Position numbers and translations under genes: made by a program. A stretch of 9,872 bases of DNA from a virus (Duplodnaviria; Heunggongvirae; Uroviricota; Caudoviricetes): IMG/VR virus record IMGVR_UViG_2663763428_000004; one strand, 5' to 3'. Below, in pieces: positions 1-7,643 of this stretch (positions within the stretch are counted from its first letter, which is position 1; each line of letters begins with the position of its first letter). The notes beneath the pieces are model-generated. The model saw only the letters and a list, made by a program, of their open reading frames with translations. It was not told where the DNA came from and did not search any database.

Positions 1-157
1 TAATCGTGTCCTCTGTGGTGGGTGTGGTGAATGTTATGTGTGGTTTGTGAGTAGTGTCCTGTGCATAGTCAGGTGTGTGTTTATGTAGAACTTAGGCGAC
101 CACCGAGATCTACACATTTATATTCGGCGGCAGCGTCAGATGTGTAGAAGAGAGTAG
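1..157. other. Non-biological library-adapter read-through at contig end (Illumina P5 sequence, 8-nt index-like spacer, degenerate Nextera read-1 / Tn5 mosaic-end sequence)
   Basis: 95-115 ggcgaccaccgagatctacac exactly matches the 3' part of the P5 adapter. 116-123 is an 8-nt index-like spacer. 124-157 tcggcggcagcgtcagatgtgtagaagagagtag matches TCGTCGGCAGCGTCAGATGTGTATAAGAGACAG apart from a few substitutions to G. 1-94 is GT-rich junk typical of reading past the adapter. Confidence 0.8.
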
Positions 158-693
158 GTAATACCCAAATCCTTGCATCTTTTCGATATTTCCTCATCGA
201 AGAAATACATTACTGTATTTGAAATAATGGGAGAAGAAGGTGCTCCAACACTTAGGCGTAACGGGCTATTTCTTCTTAACTTCCAGAAGAAAAGATTTTT
301 AAGAACAAAGATATCAGTATCAGTTAGTTCAACGCCATAATCTTTTAAGACAGATAAAAGATTATGGGGTTTGATACTCATAAAAAAGTTTTTAAAATCC
401 ATTTTAAGCAAATAATCATTATTACAATGCATTAACGCATTAGATCTAATACTTTTATCGGCTTCATAAGCGAAAGCATTTTCATGAACTTTCAAATTAG
501 CCAACATATGATTGATTACTACCTTCTGTAAGGCTTTAACTTGCCTAGCTGGTTGTGCAATTAATCTATATCCATTACCATTTCTTTTGGCGATAGGATA
601 AATTTTATATCTGCGTGGAATAGTAACAATATACCTTTTAGCCTCTTCTTCGCTAAGAAAAAGACCTTTTGAAATATAACTTAGCAACTCCAT
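158..693 (-). CDS. Retron-type reverse transcriptase, 3'-truncated fragment (N-terminal part through motif B; contig ends just before the expected YxDD box)
   Basis: ORF-track entry 136..708. Retron-RT blocks read directly: YIVTIPRRYKIYPIAKRNGNGYRLIAQPARQVKALQ (compare Ec86 RIYTVEKKG..RTIYQPSRELKALQ), motif A LKMDFKNFF, motif B LSVGAPSSPIISN. Preferred start is the ATG at 693-691, preceded by GGAGG; the track start at 708 is a GTG. The last ~7 codons and the stop at 136-157 are adapter-derived. Confidence 0.85.
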
Positions 694-694
694 T

Positions 695-1681
695 CTAAGC
701 CCCTCCACGCACGATATTGATTTGATTTAGAGCATTTTTCCTTTTTTTTGCAGTCTCGTCCATATCTTTAGCATCCATACTTAAGTAAGATTGTCGGATT
801 GCAACCTTAATATTCATAGAATCCTTTATTTTACCACTAGCACTGATACCAAATTTAAGTTTACTCTCTCTATGCCCTCGGGAATAGAAGTAGTCTGTAC
901 CACTGTAAGATAATGATGAGGTTAATTTCATCTTTTCAAGCAAATAAAGTAAACGAGTTATTATTTTTTGTGGCACATCTATATCCATACAGTATAGTGC
1001 CCACTCTATTTCGCTTTTCTTGATTGGTTCTGATAAAAGGATTATTTCGTAAATCAATATAGCTAGGTGCCCAGTATTTTCAGGGTTATATCGCTCCGTT
1101 TTTTTTACACGTTTTAATCTAGAATGAATATCATGGTAGATAAGCTCAACCTCATCATATTTCATACGATCCGATTTTGGCCATGGATAAACTGATACTG
1201 AGGCCTCATCTATTTTTTTAAGATACTCCAAAGGGCCTAAATATATAAAAGAAGATCTAGCAGGAATATTTTTTCGTTCATTTCCCTCAATCTCCTCAAA
1301 TGGTGCGACTACATGCAATTTTTGAGCTAGAGACTTCCTATTAACAAATAATCCAAGCTCAACTAACGAACCTGCACTTTCTAAACAGATAACAACTAAT
1401 GTTGAAATATTTGCAATATCATCTTCAAAGCTCATTAGATCTGAATATGCCCCCTCTCTGAAGTAGTCATGGAAGTTCTCAGCTAAAATAAGAGAATCTG
1501 ACAATTCAGGTTTGTGGCCTGCTACATAAGTAAATATGTGGTCTCGTACACTCATTGGAGTGGAATTTATCGGCCCACCACAAACAAAAATAATAGGAGG
1601 CATGAACTGAACAGTGAAATTTGAATATTTCAAATCTCCAAACTGCTCTTGTAATGCATTCATATATGCAGAATCACTCAC
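695..1681 (-). CDS. Retron effector candidate with nucleoside 2-deoxyribosyltransferase-like (NDT-like) N-terminal domain, RcaT/Ec86-effector-like
   Basis: 328-aa ORF immediately upstream of the RT on the same strand (stop TAG 697-695, RT ATG 693). N-terminal IIFVCGGP followed by ESAGSLVELG, which resembles the NDT catalytic-glutamate motif (compare DVGLGMELGY). AT-rich like the RT. Start is uncertain: GTG at 1681 per the track, or ATG at 1663. Confidence 0.7.
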   Translation of the reverse strand: MSDSAYMNALQEQFGDLKYSNFTVQFMPPIIFVCGGPINSTPMSVRDHIFTYVAGHKPELSDSLILAENFHDYFREGAYSDLMSFEDDIANISTLVVICLESAGSLVELGLFVNRKSLAQKLHVVAPFEEIEGNERKNIPARSSFIYLGPLEYLKKIDEASVSVYPWPKSDRMKYDEVELIYHDIHSRLKRVKKTERYNPENTGHLAILIYEIILLSEPIKKSEIEWALYCMDIDVPQKIITRLLYLLEKMKLTSSLSYSGTDYFYSRGHRESKLKFGISASGKIKDSMNIKVAIRQSYLSMDAKDMDETAKKRKNALNQINIVRGGA

Positions 1682-1689
1682 CCTTGTGA

Positions 1690-1905
1690 CCCCCTACTCC
1701 AAAAGAAAAGGTGGCTAACCAGCCACCTTCGACCCCTTTACCTAAAGGATGCGCTTTAGACTTTCAGCAAGATCCTGAATGGAACGCAGTGGCATGAAGG
1801 ATCTTGCTGAAAGTGCTAAAGCGCAACCCTAAATGTCCACAATAAATTAGTGTCTGGCGAAACGCCCGACAAGGATAAACCTGTTATCCCGCGCGTAAAG
1901 GTAGG
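1690..1905 (-). ncRNA. Candidate retron msr-msd non-coding RNA (structure-based guess; boundaries approximate)
   Basis: Non-coding stretch directly upstream of the effector and RT. Interrupted 26-bp hairpin at 1751-1824 (perfect 16-bp core 1761-1776 / 1798-1813, 21-nt loop). Further hairpins at 1708-1729, 1857-1867 and around 1872-1888. Possible minus-strand promoter: -35 TTGAAA (plus 1931-1936), -10 TATCCT (plus 1909-1914). No a1/a2 repeat pair or branching G identified. Confidence 0.35.
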
Positions 1906-2261
1906 GTTAGGATAGCAAAAGATGCGAGATTTTCAATAAGTAAGCGTACTGGCTGCCAGCAACCACCTAAACCATTGACATTTAAACAAAAATAAATCTA
2001 ACAATTGAAAGCAATACCTTATTGAATACAGCATTCTTATATCTCTCTTGATATCGCAACATCACAATTATCACCGTTAGTGCGGGCAGCCCCGCACGCC
2101 TGCCCGCTTCGCTTAACAGACTGGTTTTCATGCACCTCATTAATCGTCTCAGAAGCCAGCACACAAGGGTTTTCTCGTCAAAAATGGTGCATAAGACTCA
2201 TGCGTTTTCATGCGCCATAGACATGCACTCATGCGCTCTCATGTCAGCCAGGAAAAGGGGG

Positions 2262-2290
2262 TAAAAAATCCCGGTACTGGACCGGGATTA
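2262..2290 (-). terminator. Rho-independent terminator ending the sid-psu-ogr operon
   Basis: Stem tcccggt (2269-2275) / accggga (2281-2287), 5-nt loop, A-run 2263-2268 on plus strand giving a U6 tract after the stem on the minus strand; about 20 nt downstream of the ogr stop. Confidence 0.6.
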
Positions 2291-2308
2291 CGTGGGCGTT
2301 CTTTCTAA

Positions 2309-2581
2309 TCAGACAGGAATCTGCTGACGGCTTGACAGTTTTGACGCGGAGCCATAGCGATTGAGCGTTTTCTGTTGTTTTTCCGGGGATTGTGCTTTGT
2401 CTGATAGCTGTTCATTGCGCCGGGGTTTCATGATTATCTTATCCACACTCTCCAGTGCCGTAAATGTGCAGGAACATTCCAGATTCTGGCACTGATACCA
2501 CGAGCGTTTAACTGACGGAGCTTCATAGGCTGCTGTTCTGGCGTGTGCAACTGTACCGCATTCCGGACATTTAAGTGCCAT
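2309..2581 (-). CDS. ogr: Ogr/Delta-family zinc-finger late-gene transcriptional activator (single Ogr-like domain)
   Basis: MALKCPECGTVAHARTAAYEAPSVKRSWYQCQNLECSCTFTALESV matches the P2 Ogr C-x2-C...C-x4-C block (compare HCPLCQHAAHARTSRY..RYHQCQNVNCSATF as I recall it). Preferred start is ATG 2581-2579 with AGGAG 8 nt upstream; the track start at 2590 is a GTG. Confidence 0.85.
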   Translation of the reverse strand: MALKCPECGTVAHARTAAYEAPSVKRSWYQCQNLECSCTFTALESVDKIIMKPRRNEQLSDKAQSPEKQQKTLNRYGSASKLSSRQQIPV

Positions 2582-2586
2582 TAATA

Positions 2587-3138
2587 TCACTCCTGTATAT
2601 CGTTAATGTCATTCAGGCGTTGCTGAAAACGCAGATGTTGTGCCGGGGTGTAAGAACCCTGGCAATCACGAATCATCCCGGGGTCAGGCATCAAACCGGA
2701 TTCATCCAGGATCTCACGATAATCCCCGGCAATTTCAGGCGGTGTTATTGCCAGCTGGCGAACCAGAGCACTGCGTAATATACGGGACGCAACGTCAACC
2801 CCTCCGCGCCCCTTCAGGAACGGAGCCAGTGCAGATGTCAGGGCTGCCCCATTCGCCTGCATAAAATTGCTGAGAGCGGCTTCTGTGCAGGCCTCCATCA
2901 GTAAATGCTGCGAGTAAATGCATTCGCGCGCAGCACAGTTAATTTGCCATTTCAGCACATCCAGACGTTCCCGCAGTAATTCGAGCTGTCGGGCATAATC
3001 TGCTGGTTTTTCTGTGGCAGCGAGGAGAGATGTTATCTGTTGTTCAACGGCTTTTCGGCTCTCATTATGTCCGGCCCACAGAATACGGGCATTCCGAAAA
3101 CTGGTAAGTGCCTGGTCAGGCGTGCCTCGGGCCGTCAT
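2587..3138 (-). CDS. psu: Psu-like polarity suppression protein (Rho antagonist / capsid decoration protein of P4-type satellites)
   Basis: 183 aa. Blocks KWQINCAARECIYSQ, FMQANGAALTSALAPFL and YTPAQ resemble P4 Psu as I recall it. AGGAG upstream of ATG 3138; ATGA overlap with the preceding gene. Confidence 0.7.
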   Translation of the reverse strand: MTARGTPDQALTSFRNARILWAGHNESRKAVEQQITSLLAATEKPADYARQLELLRERLDVLKWQINCAARECIYSQHLLMEACTEAALSNFMQANGAALTSALAPFLKGRGGVDVASRILRSALVRQLAITPPEIAGDYREILDESGLMPDPGMIRDCQGSYTPAQHLRFQQRLNDINDIQE

Positions 3139-3878
3139 ACTGCTTTCTCCTTCTCAGCAAGTTCCTGACGAACCTTAATTTTATGCATAGCTGCCGGAGA
3201 GAGTTGATTACTGAAATCCAGACGCGCCGCATAATCCGGGGCAACTCCCGCCAGTTTAAACACCGGGTCCTGCTCAGGCATCGCATCGTTAGCCAGAGCC
3301 GGTCTGGTGATATGTTTATGAATAAAGTCTTTCAGCACTGTGTCCGGGTCATTAACTGAATTCACCACACCCACAACGGCACTGGCTTCCCGGCCCATTG
3401 TGGATTTAAGCAGGCTCAGCGTCTGAATAAGCGCTTTTCCATGCGACTGCATAAAATCCTCCCAGATTTGTTTTGCGCGAATATCCACAAGAATGTTATG
3501 CGCGTGGATATACTTTCCGGCTAATTCTGCAGCTTTCTGCGGCAAAAGTGCATTTTCGCTTTCCTGAGCCGCCAGCAGCTCATCAAAATCCTCAAGCGTT
3601 TCTCGTCCCAGCGCAATTTCCGTGCGCAGTTTTTTCATTTCCTTTGAGACCACGCCCTGACTTTCACGAAACAGCGTGCGCCACTCCTCATTCAGTGTGT
3701 TCGTCGTGGCTTCCATTTCAGCGCGACGCTGGCGGATTGTCGCAATATTATCCGCTGCCGCTTTCTGCTGACGACGTGCTTCAAGCCATGCGTTTCTGGC
3801 TGTGTTCATGGTTTCCAGTGCCCGCTGCGTTACAGCCGGAAAAGTGGAAAGGTTGTTATTCACTGCGGTGTTGTTCAT
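3135..3878 (-). CDS. sid: Sid-like capsid size-determination (external scaffold) protein, Sid/Psu family
   Basis: 247 aa, first gene after the iteron region, AGGAG before ATG 3878, translationally coupled to psu. Predicted helical and charged-residue rich. WRTLFRESQGVVSKE and FMQSHGKALIQTL resemble Sid/Psu-family blocks. Assignment rests mainly on synteny with psu and ogr. Confidence 0.55.
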   Translation of the reverse strand: MNNTAVNNNLSTFPAVTQRALETMNTARNAWLEARRQQKAAADNIATIRQRRAEMEATTNTLNEEWRTLFRESQGVVSKEMKKLRTEIALGRETLEDFDELLAAQESENALLPQKAAELAGKYIHAHNILVDIRAKQIWEDFMQSHGKALIQTLSLLKSTMGREASAVVGVVNSVNDPDTVLKDFIHKHITRPALANDAMPEQDPVFKLAGVAPDYAARLDFSNQLSPAAMHKIKVRQELAEKEKAV

Positions 3879-3912
3879 GACTTCTCCTGTCGGGTTGGTT
3901 CGTTACGTCAAT

Positions 3913-3968
3913 TGTGTCGTGGCTGACACAAGCACACTATCGGTGCTCAGTGTGTGGTGGCTGGCACA
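3913..3968 (-). promoter_or_regulatory. Two TGT-N12-ACA dyads (candidate Ogr/Delta-dependent late promoter upstream of sid)
   Basis: tgtgtcgtggctgacaca at 3913-3930 and tgtgtggtggctggcaca at 3951-3968, each TGT-N12-ACA; the distal one is centred about 81 nt upstream of the sid ATG. Confidence 0.45.
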
Positions 3969-4054
3969 ACGGACGCTTGCGGTTATTCAGACGTGGCTAT
4001 GAAAGCCAGCCAGATAAAAATGCCCTCTGTTTCAGTCTGCTTTATGTCCCTGAT

Positions 4055-4252
4055 GCGGTGGAACAGGTGAAACATGTGTTACAGCTTTGTTTTATAAGGC
4101 ATTTATATACACTGCACCGGTGGAACATCGCGGGTAACAAGGTGGAACAGCGGATTGGCTGGCGTTACATCTGTTCCACCTCACTATTTCAGAAGGTGGA
4201 ACAGGTTCAGCCCTGTAAAATACGGTTGTTCCACCTGTTTCACCTGTTACCC
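4055..4252. repeat. Iteron cluster (candidate crr/ori-like replication element bound by the adjacent primase)
   Basis: GGTGGAACAG/T at 4057-4066, 4119-4128, 4141-4150, 4195-4204; inverted (C/T)TGTTCCACC at 4171-4180 and 4226-4235; variants GTGAAACA 4067-4074, TGTTTCACC 4236-4244, GGGTAACA/TGTTACCC 4132-4139 and 4245-4252. Lies in the non-coding gap just after the primase stop. Confidence 0.6.
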
Positions 4253-4278
4253 TTAATAAATAAGACTCACGCAAAGCC

Positions 4279-6951
4279 TTAACCCGGCACCTCGCTGTTG
4301 AAGACATAGAGCCTGCGGGGATTCATCTCTGGCGGGCGAATGGTTGTCTGGAGTTTGCCATCAGTGGAGGGCAGCAGGTATCCACGATCTGCGCACAGAC
4401 GCGCCACCTTGCGCGGGTCAAATCCCCTGCAGATTTCTTTCCAGCCGGACGGCATGACATAGAACGTAGTGACAGCTTCCGTGCCCTGCGCGGTACTGCC
4501 TTTCTCCACCCTGCGCCAGCCCACCATATTGCCGGGGCGGTTGCGCTCGTCATACCAGTCTGCAAAGCGGCTGTACTGATTCGCGGTAAAGAAACTGCGA
4601 ACCTGCTCCAGTGCGGCGATATCTTCCTGATTGGCGGTGTGCCCGCGATCTTTCAGCCATGCGTTCAGGCAGACGCGGGTTGCCCGCAGTGCTTCACCCT
4701 CAGGCCAGCCGGTGATACCCAGACGGGTTGCCAGTTCACCTGCCATCGCCACCAGAGCAAAGCGGTTCACAGCCCGGCCCACCTGATTGCCTGCATCTTT
4801 CGGAGTCAGGGCGGCAGCATATTCCTTCATCAGCGATTTTGCCTGTGCCGTTAGTCCGTTAAGATCAGCGGTCAGTGCTTTCAGCCACTCCCGGAACGGC
4901 GAACCGTAGTAGCAGGACGTGGCCCATTCAAGATGCTCTGCCAGAGCCTTGCCGCTGTCGAAGCCGTGCAGCTCCTCAAAAACGCCAAACTTCCCGGAAT
5001 CGCTGGGGATCTGGATCATCCTGACTTCCATCCCGGCAAAAGTACGCTCACCGGCCTTTGCCGCATGTTCGGTCAGAGACAACTCGCCAGTTGAAAAGAA
5101 CAACAGGCGCCAATGCTTACGGGTACGCAGCTCACCGTCCGTACCGGCACGGCCCTTGCCCTGACCGTTTGCCAGCATGTAGGCGATATTGCCTGCCTCG
5201 CGTCCGTCAACTTCCCGGATCTCATCAAGCATCATGGCGGCATCGTTGCGGCGGCTGGCGCATCCCTCCAGCGCGTTGCCGGTGGCCCGCCATGTCTGCC
5301 AGTAGTCAGGCCCGCCGCAGACGGAGGTTGCCGCTTTCATGGTGGTGGTCTTACCGTCTGTCGATTCCCCTTTGAGGTGGTAGCCGCCGCCGTCCATACC
5401 AACCAGCCGTAACAGTGGTGCAGCAAAGGCCAGGCTGACAGCAAATGCCACGCGGGAGTTGCCGGTACAGTAGCGGGATACATGCTCCCGCCATTCCTCT
5501 GTTGTGCCCGACACGCGGAAATCACGCCCCTGCACGGAAGTGGTCTGGAGAATGACACCCTCTGCACCTTCACCGCTGACCTCATCCTGCAGGACGTAAA
5601 CCTGACCATGCCAGCCAGTACGACTGACGCAGGTCACGCGGCGTTCCGGTTTACACAGTGAGATATATTCCATCAGGCGTGCGCGTGCCTCACCGGTGGT
5701 GCTGATATAAGACAGCCCGTTAACCAGCAATACCCGGCGCAGTTCCTCACCACTGCCGCTCAGCATTTCCATCGGCATCGCCCAGCGGCGACACTCACCC
5801 CACGTATCTTCCCATTCCAGCAGTCGTCCGAAGTTACCGCCATCGGCATCGCAGGTGATTGCCGTCACGCGCAGCGGGCTGCATATTTTGACGTTCTGGA
5901 TCTCCGTCTCACCGTTGCGCTGTACCTGCTTTTCATACCAGAGATATTCCTGGGTAAGACGGAACCCGTGCGGCAGTTGCGTGCGGCCCTCCCCGCACAG
6001 CACCAGACCGTTACGAAAGGCTTCACGGGCGCGGGTAATACCGTGCTCCCGATGGAAGTCATTCCAGTCGGCCTTAATCTCTCCCGGTGGCAGCGTCATC
6101 CAGCCGCCAACAGCTTTTGCCGCCCGTTCAGCAAAGGCTCTGCCGGGATTCTCACCCCCGTCCTGAAAATCGTTATCACCGGCGATGATAATTTTTACCT
6201 CAGGCCAGCGTGCCCGCAGCGACTGCGCCACATTGGGCAGGTTGCCCGCAGATATGGCAGCCACTACGCATCCGGCAGTGAGCTGACTTACCGTCAGCGC
6301 CGTAGCGTAACCTTCGGTAATCACCACCTGTACCGGTGGTTCAGACGGTAACGGGCTGAGCGACACAAACGCGCCTTTCATCGTGCTGCCGGGCAGTATG
6401 CTTTTTTCACCCGTCGGGGCGATAAGCTGTGCACCAGTCACGGCTCCGGTGTTGGTCGTGAGTGGTAACAGCAGGGAACCGGCAGGAAAATCCTTACCGC
6501 TGATATGCTGCACGCTTCCGGTCAGAGAGGCCGGGTATCCGGCGAACCCTTTTCCTGTCAGATAGGCGCTTTCTCCCGTGTGGCTCTCTTTCATCAGCGC
6601 CGCCACGGTAAGACCCATGTCGCGTTTAGGGGCTTTTTTTCTGGCAGGCTTAACAGGCAGTTCCTGCACATCCGGCACATTAAGCACCTGCGCCACCTCC
6701 TGCGCAGCCTTTCTGACGCTGTAACCGGTTACGAGCTTAACCAGATCCAGACCGTCACCATTGCCACACTGGCTGCAGATCCACGTCCCGCGCCCGTCAA
6801 GGTCATCAAGGCGAAAACGATCCTTGCCCCCACATTTCGGGCAGGGACCGTGCCTGCCGTTTTCAGGTACATCAATACGCAGCATCTGGAGAATAACGGG
6901 CCATTTCCCCCGTGCGGCGGCTGAAATCTGCGTAACCGTCTGTATTGTCAT
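4279..6951 (-). CDS. Satellite primase-helicase, P4 alpha-like (N-terminal zinc ribbon, TOPRIM, C-terminal P-loop NTPase)
   Basis: 890 aa. CPKCGG..(x19)..CSQCG zinc ribbon (coded about 6766-6843); TOPRIM-like VVITEGYATA...IIIAGDND; Walker A GESTDGKTT. ATG 6951 with GGGGGA upstream; ATGA overlap with the upstream gene. Confidence 0.9.
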   Translation of the reverse strand: MTIQTVTQISAAARGKWPVILQMLRIDVPENGRHGPCPKCGGKDRFRLDDLDGRGTWICSQCGNGDGLDLVKLVTGYSVRKAAQEVAQVLNVPDVQELPVKPARKKAPKRDMGLTVAALMKESHTGESAYLTGKGFAGYPASLTGSVQHISGKDFPAGSLLLPLTTNTGAVTGAQLIAPTGEKSILPGSTMKGAFVSLSPLPSEPPVQVVITEGYATALTVSQLTAGCVVAAISAGNLPNVAQSLRARWPEVKIIIAGDNDFQDGGENPGRAFAERAAKAVGGWMTLPPGEIKADWNDFHREHGITRAREAFRNGLVLCGEGRTQLPHGFRLTQEYLWYEKQVQRNGETEIQNVKICSPLRVTAITCDADGGNFGRLLEWEDTWGECRRWAMPMEMLSGSGEELRRVLLVNGLSYISTTGEARARLMEYISLCKPERRVTCVSRTGWHGQVYVLQDEVSGEGAEGVILQTTSVQGRDFRVSGTTEEWREHVSRYCTGNSRVAFAVSLAFAAPLLRLVGMDGGGYHLKGESTDGKTTTMKAATSVCGGPDYWQTWRATGNALEGCASRRNDAAMMLDEIREVDGREAGNIAYMLANGQGKGRAGTDGELRTRKHWRLLFFSTGELSLTEHAAKAGERTFAGMEVRMIQIPSDSGKFGVFEELHGFDSGKALAEHLEWATSCYYGSPFREWLKALTADLNGLTAQAKSLMKEYAAALTPKDAGNQVGRAVNRFALVAMAGELATRLGITGWPEGEALRATRVCLNAWLKDRGHTANQEDIAALEQVRSFFTANQYSRFADWYDERNRPGNMVGWRRVEKGSTAQGTEAVTTFYVMPSGWKEICRGFDPRKVARLCADRGYLLPSTDGKLQTTIRPPEMNPRRLYVFNSEVPG

Positions 6952-7331
6952 ACTTCCCCCTGATACAACGTCACACCGGTACTGCAGAAGTCATCAAAGG
7001 CCGCCGGAAGCGTGCGGTACATCTCCGCCATCACTTCACAGCCGCGCGCGGTCAGTACCGGCGGCGCGGTCAGCAGTGACGGCTCCAGCATGTCAGTCAG
7101 CAGTGCCAGCGCGGCAGCGGCGCCCTGTGCTTCGCCGTACTCGTTAATCAGTACGCACTCGATATGCAGCGCAATGGCCATTTCAATACGCTCCACCGTC
7201 AGGCTGTGCGGACCATACTGATCACTGCCAGTTTCGTTCAGCATTTTCTGCCGCCATGCTGAAGCAATAGCCCGCCGGTAAAGCGCGGTGGTCATTTCTG
7301 CCGGGAAAATGGAAACCTGCGGCTGGTTCAT
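6948..7331 (-). CDS. Hypothetical protein (127 aa), translationally coupled upstream of the primase
   Basis: ATG at 7331; ATGA overlaps at both ends; GC content like the satellite core. No motif recognised. Confidence 0.6.
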   Translation of the reverse strand: MNQPQVSIFPAEMTTALYRRAIASAWRQKMLNETGSDQYGPHSLTVERIEMAIALHIECVLINEYGEAQGAAAALALLTDMLEPSLLTAPPVLTARGCEVMAEMYRTLPAAFDDFCSTGVTLYQGEV

Positions 7332-7612
7332 CTGGCACCTCCTTCAATCAGTGCGCAGCTGTGTGCAATATCCGTCAAATCTGCCAGCAGGTACTCCATC
7401 AGCGCGGCGACACCATGCGCACAGCCAGCGTCCAGTGCTCCGGCCTGAGACGGGTATTCAGAAAAGAGAAGCTGGAGCATGTCGCAGGCATTTCTTGCGC
7501 GGGTCAGTTTTCCGAAACTGTCCTCTGACAACCCATAGGCAAAAGCACCGGTATTGTGTTTTTCAGGCAAAGTGTGGCCCTGAGCACCGTTGTGCCCGTT
7601 TGAAATATTCAT
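7328..7612 (-). CDS. Hypothetical protein (94 aa)
   Basis: ATG 7612 with GGAG upstream; ATGA overlap with the next gene. No motif recognised. Its position is analogous to the small regulators upstream of alpha in P4, but that is positional only. Confidence 0.5.
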   Translation of the reverse strand: MNISNGHNGAQGHTLPEKHNTGAFAYGLSEDSFGKLTRARNACDMLQLLFSEYPSQAGALDAGCAHGVAALMEYLLADLTDIAHSCALIEGGAR

Positions 7613-7643
7613 CGTGGATTACTCCGTTTTCAGCGGTATTTTG

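Noticed and set aside
1982-2164. 60-aa minus-strand track ORF across the GC-rich palindromes
   Set aside because: It spans the palindromic structure, has no ribosome-binding site, and gives an implausible Cys/Arg-rich translation.
2575-3880. Plus-strand track ORFs (2575..2778, 2640..2864, 3108..3359, 3473..3880) antisense to psu and sid
   Set aside because: They lie entirely inside well-supported minus-strand genes, have no ribosome-binding site and no recognisable motif, and are typical GC-rich antisense artefacts.
4055-4252. Possible CRISPR array
   Set aside because: The repeats are only 9-10 bp, occur in both orientations and are irregularly spaced; this is iteron-like, not CRISPR-like.
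3802-4307. Track ORFs 3802..4002, 3914..4282 (+) and 4092..4307 (-)
   Set aside because: They cover the sid promoter region and the iteron cluster; the repeat-rich non-coding DNA explains the open frames.
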